NCBI GenBank assembly: GCA_030141605.1
Contig: JAQGDQ010000686.1
Span: 33,852 to 97,851, forward strand
Length of the DNA: 64,000 nt
Reading direction: 5' to 3'
Source: Tubiluchus corallicola
Lineage: Eukaryota; Animalia; Priapulida
Positions 1 to 12,542 of the stretch are shown in pieces; position 1 is the stretch's first letter; the number at the start of each line of letters is the position of its first letter. The notes beneath the pieces are model-generated. The model was not told the DNA's origin. It did no database searches and saw nothing but the letters and a program-made list of their open reading frames with translations. Made by a program: the position numbers and the translations under genes.

Positions 1-313
1 ATTATTCCTTTATTTTTATGCAATGTTATGTAAACTTGTTTCAAATGACTTATTGCCAAAATGGCTCCATCTAACGATCATTGCGGGAGCTTAAATTTTG
101 AAGTTTTATGCAGCGTTAGTGCAAGCCCCGTGTGCAATAAGACAGCAAGTAAGTGGTACAAAATTTCAAGATGGATTATTTAAGCTTTACATAATTGAAA
201 GATTTCCTTGTGCTTTAGGTCAAACCACAAGACTGGCACACCCTCGACAAGCATACCAAACAAACTACAGTGCTCTATGATCAAACAATATATAGCTCGC
301 ACTTGCAGCACAC

Positions 314-433
314 TTAGTAATACACATTGTTCATATGGTATGTACATCTTGTTGTTGGCATCCTTCTGTCTCGGAAGACAATGGAATGTGCGCCAAGAGA
401 GTCAGTTTTCATTTCTGTCGTCATGAGTGCCCT
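314..433 (-). CDS. Candidate terminal exon (39-aa cytoplasmic tail + stop) of the PKD1-like gene
   Basis: A 54-nt gtatgc...ttcgcag intron (487-434) follows the TM1 exon. In frame this reads RALMTTEMKTDSLG...NNVYY*. No PLAT motif in any frame. The true next exon could instead lie left of the window. Confidence 0.35.
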   Translation of the reverse strand, partial: RALMTTEMKTDSLGAHSIVFRDRRMPTTRCTYHMNNVYY

Positions 434-487
434 CTGCGAAGATGTAAAAATGTAAGTTTTATTGCTATAATCACAGGACAAGCATAC

Positions 488-727
488 CCTTAATTTATCC
501 TGTAAATCTGTCCTCCTTGCCCAAACTGTCAACGCCAAGTACACCACCCAAGTGAAACTGATGAACAATACGATCACGGGATTCTTAAAAAACGTAGCAA
601 ATAGTACGACGTCTTTGATGGGGTTAATTTTGTTCGGTGCGGCTATGAGAAGTCTGACGGCACCTGCAAAACTGCTCATGTGATAACAGTGACAGTGAAG
701 TCTGCTCATAGACGTCTGTGGACCAAC
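488..727 (-). CDS. PKD1/polycystin-1-like exon: second half of GPS + TM1
   Basis: Acceptor ttacag, donor gtatgc, 240 nt, phase 0-0. Encodes VGPQTSMSRLHCHCYHMSSFAG...APNKINP...KNPVIVLFISFTWVVYLALTVWARRTD, matching the polycystin pattern CxCxH(L/M)(T/S)xF...PNxI...NP...Y...WARRxD. Confidence 0.88.
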
Positions 728-812
728 CTGTAACGATAAATATACGAAATAAGAGCAGGTTTAAAACCAATCAAAATATTTACAAGAACCACTTGTTTGC
801 GATGCTCAAGAG

Positions 813-1000
813 ATTCAAATTCAAATTCAGTTTATTTCACCAGCAAAGTACAATAACACAAATAGACATGTACAACGTTTTGTATAATTGGAAAAAAAAC
901 AAAAAAAAAATAATTTCAGACTCCCTAGAAATACTATATTAAGGAGTTGAAGTTTGCCACACGGTACCTAAGAAGGGGACCTTGTTAAGCCACCATGAAA
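813..1000 (-). mobile_element. Possible 3' end fragment of a LINE/SINE
   Basis: A (TTTGAA)n-type tail on the - strand (ttcaaattcaaattc) follows AATAAA and T-rich UTR-like sequence. The inner boundary is uncertain. Confidence 0.3.
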
Positions 1001-1995
1001 TGTGAAATAAAGAATGAAGAAGGTAGATGATGAGAAAAGAAGAGACTAAAGAAGAGCTATGTTACAGTTAGTAGAAAGAAAACAGAAGGAAAGAAGAAGT
1101 CAAAAGAAAACATAATAAGAAAACAATGGCCATGTTCAGGTGGCACACTGTCCCTTTTCCTAACTGTGAACTCAACTTGCCTGTTGACTTAAATAGGTCG
1201 AGCTAGGTCAGTTTCAGCTCGAAACACAGGTATTCTTATTGTAGAAGATCCTATTCTTTGTGGTGTAATTCTTTTGTAGAAATCTTATGATGATGAGAAA
1301 GATATACATATAATTATTTGTTCATAATTATGCTTAATTAATTTAGTGTCTGTATGTGTGTAAAGAATGCCGATTGTCTTTTTATATACTGAGCAAATTT
1401 TGTCGGCGTGACGGTGTCATTATTTATTAGTTTGAAAACACTCTAAATTTCCTTCGTAATTTAATTTCCCAGATTAAACGACGACATTTATGAAGCAGAT
1501 ATTGGATGCTGAATTATCATTTTGCGTACTTCAGGAGAGCAAATAAACAGCCTATGAACCTCGCTGGTATAATTACTTTTACTCAGTTCCTATTTATTTG
1601 AAAAAATGCAATTTCGCAGAATGCTTCGATCTTTATAATCGATCATCCTCAAGTTTTTCAATGCTTAGCATTGAACATGGTCAATCGTATAAAGTCGAAG
1701 CATTTAGTGAAGACGTGGGTGTCTTTTTAGCTAAAATTACTTACGCATATATAACAGACTTCACATGATTTATTTGTTAGTTGTCCACAAGGCAACGAAT
1801 GATGATTCAGTGCTATTAAAAAATTAAGAAAGTTGAGGCTTCAGTCACAGTTAAATAAGGGGGCGCGTAAAGAAATGGTTGCCCCCCCCCATACTGTACA
1901 AAAGAAACTTGAAAGAGTAGATAAAGCCCAACGAAACTATTAGAAAGACCATGTAATTGTGAGTAAAGAATATTTATCGTAATGTCTGGTAGACT

Positions 1996-2408
1996 CATAT
2001 CTCGATTTGCCAGACCTCACTTTTATGGATCTCTGAAAATTCGGACAAAATCTGGTCCGTAAGAAAGCCCCGCATCTACGGACAGGCCGTTGTTTCACGT
2101 ACTGACTGCTAGGTGGCAGTCTGTCATTTTGTTTGTATGACGTACATCAGTGTAACCACATGTATATCTCTATATGTAAAAATATAGAGTCAATTATGCT
2201 GAGTCATTTGAGTCAATTGCCGACAGTTTTTGTACGCTTTTGCTTAGGAGAGGCCTGTACTAGTTTTTGAGACAACTAGGTGATTGATTCTACATTACCT
2301 TGAGTCTAATACATGGTACCTACAGTATTAGTTTAGTATCGGAAAATACGGACATTCGGCAAATTCGTACCGACGCCTCCCCGTTTTTGGCCTGCAAACC
2401 GAGATATG
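1996..2408. mobile_element. MITE-like non-autonomous DNA transposon
   Basis: Imperfect ~20-bp terminal inverted repeats CATATCTCGATTTGCCAGACC / GGCCTGCAAACCGAGATATG, with ACT on both flanks (possible 3-bp TSD). Superfamily not assigned. Confidence 0.55.
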
Positions 2409-3209
2409 ACTGCGATGACTGCGTTGTCAATAAATAATGTTATGACAATAAATGGGAGCTCCGGGCACCATGAATAGACAAGGACATGACTCATGCTGAT
2501 TTCTCAAAGGGAATGGAGTCATGACATATTTCTTCTAAACATTGATTGATTTTTGATTTCTAACAATAAAAAATGGAAAAAATTAAAAAAAACACGTTAA
2601 ACGAGAAATATTTTAATGTCTACAATATTAAAATATACTACAGTTGTCTGCTTGTGATAACTTTTAAATGCAATTTTATGTTCAAATTTAAACTTAATCT
2701 CAATAGTTTACACACCTTATTCTGAAATCTTCGTCAAGATAATTGCGCATATTACTAATAGCAACATTACTTACAGGGTGGTTGACTTTGGTAACTTTTA
2801 GTTTTTTGCCACTCTTTCACCAATCACTTGATCATCATTAACTCAGATAATTTCTTCATTTAATAATCTTGTCACTTTGTATCATATTATCATTTCGTGC
2901 CCTGTGTTTTTCTTGTAAAAAAGGTGAAAAATAAAGATACTTACTTACTTACTTACAATGAAGCCATCGTTTCTGCACACCCTGTACAAGTGCATTTTAG
3001 TAATTGCATGAACCATGCATACAGAATGAAAATCAATCTTTTAAAACGATGGCACATTAGGGGATTACAGCCTTGCTTGAATGTTTTGCTGCTACGATGA
3101 AAGAAATTAACATTACCTACCGAGAACAAATCACTTGACTTAAATTCCATTAGTATTACATCAGGCCCGATTCATTTAGCTTTAGAATTTATAAAAGCAA
3201 TGCAACTAC

Positions 3210-3307
3210 CTGACAGCCGGCACTAGACCATTGTTCTGTTGATGTGTTCCAGTACAAACACTGAGCTCTGTAGACAGATAGGGTAAGATTCAGATGCACT
3301 CGGTCGG
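3210..3307 (-). CDS. PKD1-like exon: first half of GPS
   Basis: Acceptor ttttag, donor gtagtt, 98 nt, phase 1-0. Encodes DRVHLNLTLSVYRAQCLYWNTSTEQWSSAGCQ (CxYW...W...GC) and joins in frame to exon 488-727. Confidence 0.88.
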
Positions 3308-3625
3308 CTAAAAACACAGCAAACGTGATAGACAATCTTCAATTCAATGCAAAAATATGTTCTTTGATCTATAGCAAAAAGCACAGGGACTGTATTGAAA
3401 GTGTCAACACCACCTCTGCAAATACTGTGCAAATATGAATGGGTCTATCGTTGATGTTGAAGTTGTTTATTAGAAATTTCAACGTCCAACATGCGTGCCT
3501 TCATTAGTCTAGTGTCAGCAAAAAATTTAAGTAGATTCAATTAACGAAAAGCAACGAACCACAGATGCTATAATGCGTGCAGTGATGGTAAAACATTTGC
3601 ATTCTGGTGAATTAAATAACTCTAA

Positions 3626-4508
3626 CGGGGCGTTCAAACTGGCGAGTTTTCTCATCGAGTAACTCGTAAGCAGTTCAGACTAGACAGCAAAACTTGCTAC
3701 GAGTTACTCTCTGACAGCAAGTGCAAGCTACTCACTACGCACGACTTCCTATTCACAGCAAGAAGAGTTGAGAGTAACTCACCGAGGCATTCACACTAGG
3801 CAGGAAATCAACTCGCAGCAATTGTTGGAGAGTTTGCATTTCTTGTCGACAGTAACTCACTGAGGCGTTCACACTAGGCAGTAAGTCAACTCGCAGCAAC
3901 TGTTGGAAACTTTTCAATACTTGCCAACAGTAACTCACCGAGGCGTTCACACTAGCCAGTAAATCAATTCGTAGCAATTGTTGGAAACTTTTCAATACTT
4001 GCCAACAGTAACTCACCGAGACGTTCACACTAGGCAGTAAATCGACTTGCAGCAATTGTTGGAGAGTTTGCATTTCTTGTCGACAGTAACTCACCGAGAC
4101 GTTCACACTAGGCAATAAATCAACTTGCAGCAATTGTTGGAGAGTTTGCATTTCTTGTCGACAGTAACTCACCGAGACGTTCACACTAGGCAATAAATCA
4201 ACTTGCAGCAACTGTTGGAGACTTTTCAACACTTGCCAACAGTAACTCACTGAAGAGTTCACACTAGGCAGTAAATCAACTTGCAGCAATTGTTGGAGAG
4301 TTTGCATTTCTTGTCGACAGTAACTCACCGAGAGGTTCACACTAGGCAGGAAATCAACTCGCAGCAACTGTTGGAGACTTTTCACTACTTGCCAACAGTA
4401 ATTCACTGAGGCGTTCACACTAGGCAGTAAATCAAAGCAGTTCACACTTGCTAGTCTGCTGTCAGAGACAAAACTTGGGACAGAAAACTCGCTTATCTGA
4501 ATGCACCA
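3626..4508. mobile_element. PIF/Harbinger-like non-autonomous element with internal 78-bp tandem array
   Basis: Imperfect ~26-bp TIRs GGGGCGTTCAAACTGGCGAGTTTTCT / AGAAAACTCGCTTATCTGAATGCACC. TAA on both sides (3623-3625, 4509-4511). Subterminal inverted tctctgacagca motif. Confidence 0.7.
3773..4435. repeat. 78-bp tandem repeat, ~8.5 units, two unit variants
   Basis: The motif agtaactcac recurs at 3773, 3851, 3929, 4007, 4085 and onward. Each unit contains a ggcgttcacactag-like motif. Confidence 0.92.
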
Positions 4509-5054
4509 TAAGATCCTCTGCGTACCCATTCATGTTTGTTTAGTATTTGCTAAAAGTGAATATCAAGTCACTTAAAGGTAAAATGCACACAATTTGACAC
4601 TGTTGTTAGCAATGGTTGATAAAAGTAAGCATGACACTTGTTACGTATCAAAAGACTCCAGATTGTTTCCACAGACTTTATTTATTACAAGCAGGCGTAG
4701 ACTTACAACTTACAACTGTTTGGCCACAAGTTAATTAATTATAAAAAACTACTGACAACTCATACGTCTCTTAAACTTTTCTTAAACAGATTAGTTTTAA
4801 ATCTCCAATCTGCTTTGATGAATTTATTCGTAGATGCTGCCATACTAGAAAGTTTCCGCTGCTGTCAAACAAGGAAAAATTCCCATTCTAAAACAATGTC
4901 AGTATGGTCACAGTCAGAATCACGCCCAGCGTGTTTTGAAGTGTTTAAAAGATTTTTTTAGACATCACGAGACGAGATAAAACGCAGTGAAAATATGACA
5001 CAGACATTTACGCATGCAAATGCTCTACTTTTGCAAACCTTTCGAACGTTTTTC

Positions 5055-7900
5055 ATTTATCATGAAACTAAATCATATATATCCGAATATCTCAATATGG
5101 TATTCTGCAATCAATTCACACCCATTATAACACGACCAACTAGACTTACTCACACATCCAAAACACTTATAGATCACATCTACACAAATAACCTAAAAGA
5201 CTACATCATTCCAGGCATTATACTTTACCAAATCGCTGACCACTTGCCTATCTTTTGCATTGTCAAAAATTCAATTAGTAAACGTGCGAACTCAAAAGTA
5301 ACAATCCGTGACAAGAGTAAATTCAATCAAGACGCTTTCTTAAATGACTTAACTTATAAACTAAACAACGAATCTTTTGTGACAATGTCAACAAACGAAG
5401 CATTTGAAAAATTCATGAATATAATTACAGAAACTGTTAACTACCATGCCCCGTATAAAACCTTGTCGAGAAAACAAACTAAGACATTTTACAAACCCTG
5501 GTTAACTCAAGGTATCCTAACTTCTATCAGAAAAAAAAAGTCAATTATACAAAACTCATAAATTATCCGACAGTTTATACAAAAATGAATATTATCGTAC
5601 ATATTGTAATAAACTAAATCGAATAAAAGAACAGTCAAAACGTAACTATTACTCAAAAGTGCTCCAAGGAAATAAAAATAATATGCGACTAACATGGAAA
5701 ACCATAAATGAAATTACAAACTGTAAAGTGAAAAACCATTTTCAACCTAACAAGTTAACACAAAATGGTAATGAGTACAATAACCATAAGGATATAAGTG
5801 AAATACTAAACCAGTTTTTTAGTAACATAGGTAGCAATATGGCGAGAAAGATACCATACACTGAACTAAAATTTGATTCTTTTTTGAAGAACCCAGTAAA
5901 TAGCACATTTTTTATGTACCCTATATTAGAAAATGAAACATGTGTGGAAATCAATAAGTTAAACATTAATAAATCTGCAGGTCCAGAGAATATTCCAATT
6001 TATTTTTATAAACTAGCTGTCAGCATTATTACACCATACTTAACGACACTTTATAATAAATCGATTACTGATGGCATATTTCCTAACATTTTAAAACTAG
6101 CGAAAGTAATTCCAATTTATAAGTCTGAATCACCTGAAAATCCCACCAACTATAGACCTATATCTTTACTCTCACCGGTTGCCAAAATATTTGAAAAACT
6201 CATCTTTATCCGGCTTGACAAATTCATTTCAACAAACAAAATACTATCAGAACACCAATTTGGTTTCAGGAAAAATCATTCTACTGCCTTAGCTGTATCT
6301 GAACTAACCGATAGAATTCTTAATAATATTGACAAAAATGTATTTGTGTGTGGCATCTTCCTAGATCTGTCCAAGGCTTTTGACACTGTACAACATAATA
6401 TATTACTCCAAAAAATGAAACATTATGGTATTAGAGGACTATCCCAAAATTTCTTTGCATCTTACTTGCACAACAGACAACAGTACACTTCCATTGGAGA
6501 TACTAGCTCAAATCTAACTACTATAACATGTGGAGTACCACAAGGCTCTACTCTAGGCCCGATATTGTTTCTTTTGTACATAAATGATCTTGTAAACTGT
6601 TCAAACTTCCACACTAGAATGTTTGCAGATGACACTAATCTATTCTTAACAGATACAAAGATAATTAATTTACAAACTTCAGTTAACAGTGAATTGCATA
6701 AGATTAATCAGTGGATGAAAGCTAACAAACTGTCTATTAACTATAAAAAGACAAAATACATGCTGATTACGCCTGGCCGCAAAACAGACGCATATGAAAA
6801 TTTCCAGATTTCAATGAATAATCAAATATTAACTAGGTCTAAAGAAATTAAATACCTCGGTATGTTCATTGATGATAACTTAACATGGTCTACACAAACA
6901 AAACACATAACCTACAAAATTAGCAAAATCAAGGGCATAATTGCGAGGATAAGACACTACGTAAATACAGATGTAATAAAACTAATATACCATGCTTTGG
7001 TTTATTCTTATCTTCACTATGGGATTCTTTCCTGGGGCACTGCATCTTCAAATACTTTAAAACCGATACAAACTCATCAAAACATTATAGTTAAGCTGAT
7101 GACATTTTCTGGTAGACGGGAACATGCAACGCCATCCTACATTAAATTGGGCCTCTTAAAACTGAATGATATCTACAAACTCGAGCTTGCAAAATTTGTA
7201 TACAAATTTAAGAATAACTTACTACCAGAATTGTTTCTAAATTACTATACGCCAGCATCCGATATTCACAGTTACAACACTAGGTTTTCTACTAACAGTT
7301 CTTTCTTTATCGAACGATTTAATACATCTAAGGGTCAAACGTCGTTAAAATATCAGGGATCAGTATTATGGAACTCTCTACCTGCTCATATAACTTCTTT
7401 ACCTCTGCATTCGCTAAAAAAACAGTACGCTAAGGCACTTCTTGAAGCTTACAAATAAATCAGTTTTTTGTCTGTTAGATGTACATTCTTATGGTAACTT
7501 TTGCTTAAAAACATTTTTATGAGGTGCAAACTCACTTTTTCGCTGCTGTATTTTTGTTTTTGTATTTCTGTACGTTTGTGTATTTATTAGATGTATTTAT
7601 CAGAAACAATTGTAAGGTATTTTGCTTAGTAGTTCGTAAATTTGTCATGGTTTTTGATTTTTGTCTTTTGCTGTTGTATTTTTGTTTTTTGTATTTCTGC
7701 ACGTTTATGTATTTTTTAATATAGCTGTGTCTACTGTCCTTAGCGTCCTTTTGTTTACTGTCCTTTGAGAAGGGTGGTTGACTCGATAACCTTTGGTTTT
7801 TCGCCACCCTTTCTCCTATGTTTGTTTGTATTTTTGTGTATTTTATTGTCAAATTATTGTATATGGAGGAAAATAAATTACTATTACTATTACTATTACT
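5055..7900 (+). mobile_element. 5'-truncated CR1/L2-group LINE (APE endonuclease C-terminus + reverse transcriptase)
   Basis: Endonuclease end (TLIDHIYTN...ADHLPIF). RT motifs YRPISLL, QFGFR, FLDLSKAFD, GVPQGSTLGP, FADD, YLG in ORF 5659-7458, with frameshift(s) near 5530-5660. AATAAA plus (TTACTA)n tail. TSD GTTTTTC at 5048-5054 and 7901-7907; the empty site is visible in the paralogous GPCR upstream regions. Confidence 0.93.
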
Positions 7901-7926
7901 GTTTTTCGAAATGCGATGTTTTGGAC

Positions 7927-8826
7927 ATGAATACATCTTCATTACTGGTCGATTTTGCCACCATGAACACAACAGAAAGTGGGGTTACATTTTTAGCAAA
8001 GTCTGTAATTTCAATAAAAGTTCTGCTGCTAATACTATTAGGTATTACTATAATAGTTGGAAACTTATTAGTTCTGATTGCAGTTTGTAAGATTCCTCGT
8101 TTACAAACTAAAACAAATGTTCTTGTTGCATCTCTTGCTGTAACTGATTTACTTGTTGGTTTATCAATGCCTGCAGAAGTGACCTCATTATTGTATCCAG
8201 CTGTGTTGTCAAACCAAGTGTTTGTATTCGTGCTGTACATATTTGAAGTTGGAATGGTGAATGCAAGCATATTACACTTGTGTCTGATAGCAGTTGAAAG
8301 ACATGTGGCTGTTGTTCATCCATTCAAGTATCACACCAACGTGAGAAAAGAAACCATTGTTGCTGCACTTTCCATTACTTGGATTTTTGCTTTAACTGAG
8401 GCAGTTATTTATGTTATTTTCAAATACATTTTGAATGTACAAAGTCTATTAATCGTTGATGTTACTGTAGCATTTTATTTACCAGTGCTAACGATTCTTG
8501 TGCTCTATGCCCTAATTTGGAGAACTGCAAGAAGGCACATCTTACAGATACATAGTCAAATTCAAGGAAGCCAGGCAAATGTGATGGAGATGAAAGCAAC
8601 AAAAAGTTTAGCCATTGTTACCTTTGCTTTTCTGGTGTGTTGGGGTCCCTTTTCTCTGTATCAGACAGTTTGTTATATATTGTTTTACGAAGAGAATCAG
8701 GAAGTAACTCAGTTTTTATATGTATTTGGATTTATCAACAGTGCCATTAATCCAATCGTGTATGCACTGTCTAGCACTGATTTTAGATGGGCTGTCAAAA
8801 AAATGTTGCTTTCACGTGAATTGTAA
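7927..8826 (+). CDS. Class A orphan GPCR copy 1 (299 aa, single exon)
   Basis: Seven hydrophobic segments with motifs GN, LAVTD, ERH, HPFKY, FYLP, CWGP, NSAINPIVY. Start inferred from paralogs; the upstream part of the tracked ORF is LINE 3' UTR. Confidence 0.9.
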   Translation: MNTSSLLVDFATMNTTESGVTFLAKSVISIKVLLLILLGITIIVGNLLVLIAVCKIPRLQTKTNVLVASLAVTDLLVGLSMPAEVTSLLYPAVLSNQVFVFVLYIFEVGMVNASILHLCLIAVERHVAVVHPFKYHTNVRKETIVAALSITWIFALTEAVIYVIFKYILNVQSLLIVDVTVAFYLPVLTILVLYALIWRTARRHILQIHSQIQGSQANVMEMKATKSLAIVTFAFLVCWGPFSLYQTVCYILFYEENQEVTQFLYVFGFINSAINPIVYALSSTDFRWAVKKMLLSREL

Positions 8827-9164
8827 AACTTAATGCGAAAAACTTTCACGTGAATTGCTTTCCGTTAATTATAGCTGAGTTAATAGCACGAAACTGAGAA
8901 ACCGCACAAGTGAGCAAAATTCTTCAAATAGAGCACACAATTGACCACGTTTTTTGAAGCCAACATCCAAGTAATGTTCCAAAGATGTGCTAAAAAATTG
9001 AGCAACATTTTATGTGTAATAGATCGTCAGATTAATGAGCTTGATATAATGAAGCAGCCAAATAGTTTACACACACTTAGCAACATATTTAAGTTGAACA
9101 CACAGTGTCCATTTATAATAGTCTAAGGTTATAATGTTGTATGCATGTTATACAAATGTTATAT

Positions 9165-9745
9165 ATATTGCACCATTGTGAGAACGAATGACATTATGCT
9201 GCATCATTGTGAAAATGAATGACATTATAACGCATCATTGTGAAAATGAATGACATTATAACGCATCATTGTGAGAATGAATGACATTATATAGCATCAC
9301 TGTGAGAATGAATGACATTGTACTGCATCATTGTGAGAATAAATGACATTATACTGCATCATTGTGAGAATAAATGACATTATATTGCATCACTGTAAGA
9401 ATAAATGACATTATATTGCATCATTGTGAGAATGAATAACATCATACTGCATCATTGCAAGAATAAATGACATTATACTGCATCATTGTGAAAATGAATG
9501 ACATTATATTGCATCATTGTGAGAGTAAATGACATTATACTGCATCATTGTAAGAATGAATGACATTATATTGCATCATTGTGAGAATGAATGACATTAT
9601 ATAGCATCACTGTGAGAATGAATGACATTGTACTGCATCATTTTGAGAATGAATGACATTATACTGCATCACTGTGAGAATGAATGACATTATACTGTAT
9701 CATTGTGAAAATGAATGACATTATACTGTATCATGTGAAAATGAT
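9165..9745. repeat. 31-bp minisatellite (TGCATCATTGTGAGAATGAATGACATTATAC), ~18-19 units
   Basis: Direct tandem units ending ~150 bp upstream of GPCR copy 2. Confidence 0.93.
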
Positions 9746-9900
9746 CATACGTAGTTTGCTTGTATTTCAGACAGTGATTTCCTTGTAAATGTGTTTTCAG
9801 ATTTTCGATTGCAGTGAAAATACGACAAGGACATTTACGAATGCAAATGCTCTACTTTTGCAAACCTTTCGAACGTTTTTCCAAATGCGATGTTGTGAAC

Positions 9901-10800
9901 ATGAATACATCTTCGTTACTGGTCGATTTTGCCACAATGAACACAACAGAATGTGGGGTTACATTTTTAGCAAAGTCTGTGATTTCAATAAAAGTTCTGC
10001 TGCTAATACTATTAGGCATTGCTATAATAGCTGGAAACTTATTAGTTCTGATTGCAGTTTGTAAGATTCCTCGTTTACAAACTAAAACAAATGTTCTTGT
10101 TGCATCTCTTGCTGTAACTGATTTACTTGTTGGTTTATCAATGCCTGCAGAAGTGACCACAGTGTTGTATCCAGCTGTGTTGTCAAACCAAGTGTTTGTA
10201 TTGGTACTGTTCATAGTTGAAGATGGGATAGTGAATGCAAGTGCATTAAACTTGTGTCTGATAGCAGCTGAAAGATATGTGGTTGTTGTTCATCCATTCA
10301 AGTATCACAAAATCGTGAGAAAAGAAACCATAGTTGCTGCACTTTCCATTACTTGGATTTTTGCTTTAACTGTGGCAGCGGTTTGTGTTATTTTCTTTTT
10401 TGTTTTCAATAAACGTGGTCTGTTAGTCGTTGATGCCACTTTAACATTTTATTTACCGATGTTTGCGATTTTTGTACTGTATGTGCTAATTTGGAGAACT
10501 GCAAGAAGGCACGTCTTGCAGATACACAGCCAAGGTCTAGAAAGCCAGGCAAACATGATGCAAATGAAAGCAACAAAAACTTTAGCCATTGTTACCTTTA
10601 CTTTTCTGGTATGTTGGGGTCCCTTTTCTCTGTATCAGACAGTTTGTTATATATTGTCTTACGAACCTAAATATGATATAGTTCAGGCTTTATATATAAT
10701 TGGATTTATCAACAGTGCCATTAATCCAATCGTGTATGCACTGTCTAGCACTGATTTTAGATGGGCTTTCAAAAAAATGTTGCTTTCACGTGAATTGTAA
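9901..10800 (+). CDS. Class A orphan GPCR copy 2 (299 aa)
   Basis: Intact ORF with GN, LAVTD, ERY, FYLP, CWGP, NPIVY. Confidence 0.92.
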   Translation: MNTSSLLVDFATMNTTECGVTFLAKSVISIKVLLLILLGIAIIAGNLLVLIAVCKIPRLQTKTNVLVASLAVTDLLVGLSMPAEVTTVLYPAVLSNQVFVLVLFIVEDGIVNASALNLCLIAAERYVVVVHPFKYHKIVRKETIVAALSITWIFALTVAAVCVIFFFVFNKRGLLVVDATLTFYLPMFAIFVLYVLIWRTARRHVLQIHSQGLESQANMMQMKATKTLAIVTFTFLVCWGPFSLYQTVCYILSYEPKYDIVQALYIIGFINSAINPIVYALSSTDFRWAFKKMLLSREL

Positions 10801-11857
10801 AACTTAATGCGAAAAACTTTCACGTGAATTGCTTTCACTTAATGATAACTGCGTTAATAGCATGAAACTGAGAAACCGCACGAGTCAGCAAAATTCTTCA
10901 AATAGAGCACACAATTGACCAAGTTTTTTGAAGCGAACATCCAAGTAATGTTCCAAAGATGTGCTACAAAATTGAGTATCATTTTATGTGTAACAGATCG
11001 TCAGATTAATGAGCTTGATATAATGAAGCAGCCAAACAGTTTACACACACTTAGTAACACATTTAAGTTGATCAAACAATGTCTAATTATAATAGTCTCA
11101 GGTTATATTGTTGTATGCATGTTTACTAAAACATTATTCTGGCTCGGCATATCCACAGAACTAATCTTCCATGTTGCACAGTAGTTGCGTTACATCTTTC
11201 TGCGTGTGCACTTAGCGTTTATAAAGAGAAGGTTTGTTATCATAGCTATTATGCTTTTTAATGTATATAACATCATGCTGAATCAATACTGCGTGAGAAT
11301 GATAATTTTATCGTTTATATGTGTTGTGTTTGTTTCTAGCAACCTTGCAGATGGTACCATGCATGGCCATTTTTAGATTTGCCATAGCTGGCTTTGTAGT
11401 GAGACGTTACATAAACAGTCGCGGTTGGTAACTTGTTCTGTTTTCTTGTAGTAAAAATTTGTAGTTCTCTACACTTGCTTGAAGGTCTGACTTTTATTGA
11501 CGACACATAAAAACTTCTCTGATCATGAACTCGACTTCGTTTTTGGTTGCAGTAATTGTTTTGAATTAAATTCAAACTTAGTTTACATAGGTGTGGAATG
11601 TTTATTGTATACATTTATGAAGTACATACAGCCAGCCGGAAATCAGACGTCATACACTTGCAGTTTAAGCTAGAGCAAATTTATGGCTGCCGTCTAACAA
11701 TACACGCTGCACTTACCTAATTGCTGAAATGCTTTCGTGAATCAAAGTAAACTTGCATAGCAAACGGGTATTTGTTCTGCAAATGTACTTTGTGGTTATA
11801 AAATCCCTATGAATAGAAATGCAGCTAGGATGATCCTAGCTGTTGTGCTTTTTAATA

Positions 11858-12388
11858 TAAATGACATTATACTGCATCATTATGAGAATGAATCACTTAT
11901 ACTGCATCATTGTGAACATGAATGATATTATACTGCATCATTGTGAGAATGAATGACATTAGACTGCATCATTATGAGAATGAATGACATTATATTGCAT
12001 CATTATGAGAATGAGTGACATTATACTGCATCACTGTGAACATGAATGACATTATACTGCATCATTGTGAGAATGAATGACATTATATGGTATCATTGTG
12101 AGAGTAAATGACATTATACTGCATCATTGTGAGAATGAATGACATTATATTGCATCATTGTGAGAATAAATGACATTATATTGCATCATTGTGAGAACGA
12201 ATGACATTATACTGCATCATTGTGAGAATGAATGACATTATGATGCATCATTGTGAGAATGAATGACATTATATTGCATCATTGTGAGAATGAATGACAT
12301 TATACTGCATCATTGTGAAAATGAATGACATTATACTGTATCATTGTGAAAATGAATGACATTATACTGTATCTTTGTGAAAATGATC
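11858..12388. repeat. 31-bp minisatellite, same unit as 9165-9745, ~17 units
   Basis: Direct tandem units upstream of GPCR copy 3. Confidence 0.93.
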
Positions 12389-12542
12389 ATACATAGTTTG
12401 CTTGTATTTCTGACAGTGATTTCCTTGTAAATGCGTTTTCAGATTTTCGATTGCAGTGAAAATATGACACAGACATTTACGCATGCAAATGTTCTACTTT
12501 TGCAAACCTTTCGAACGTTTTTCGAAATGCAATGTTGTGAAC

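Noticed and set aside
3753-4529. 258-aa repeat protein ORF
   Set aside because: It is the translation of the 78-bp array inside a TIR/TSD-bounded element, with no domain similarity I can recognise.
4995-5054. ATG start of a 188-aa ORF
   Set aside because: It is a chance fusion of GPCR upstream sequence with the truncated LINE endonuclease.
7765-7926. N-terminal extension of GPCR copy 1 with poly-Tyr
   Set aside because: It derives from the LINE 3' UTR and tail, starts at TTG and is absent from paralogs.
9165-12388. CRISPR-like arrays of ~31-bp repeats (also 17820-18895 and 26938-27543)
   Set aside because: The units are directly adjacent with no unique spacers, there are no cas genes, and the context is eukaryotic.
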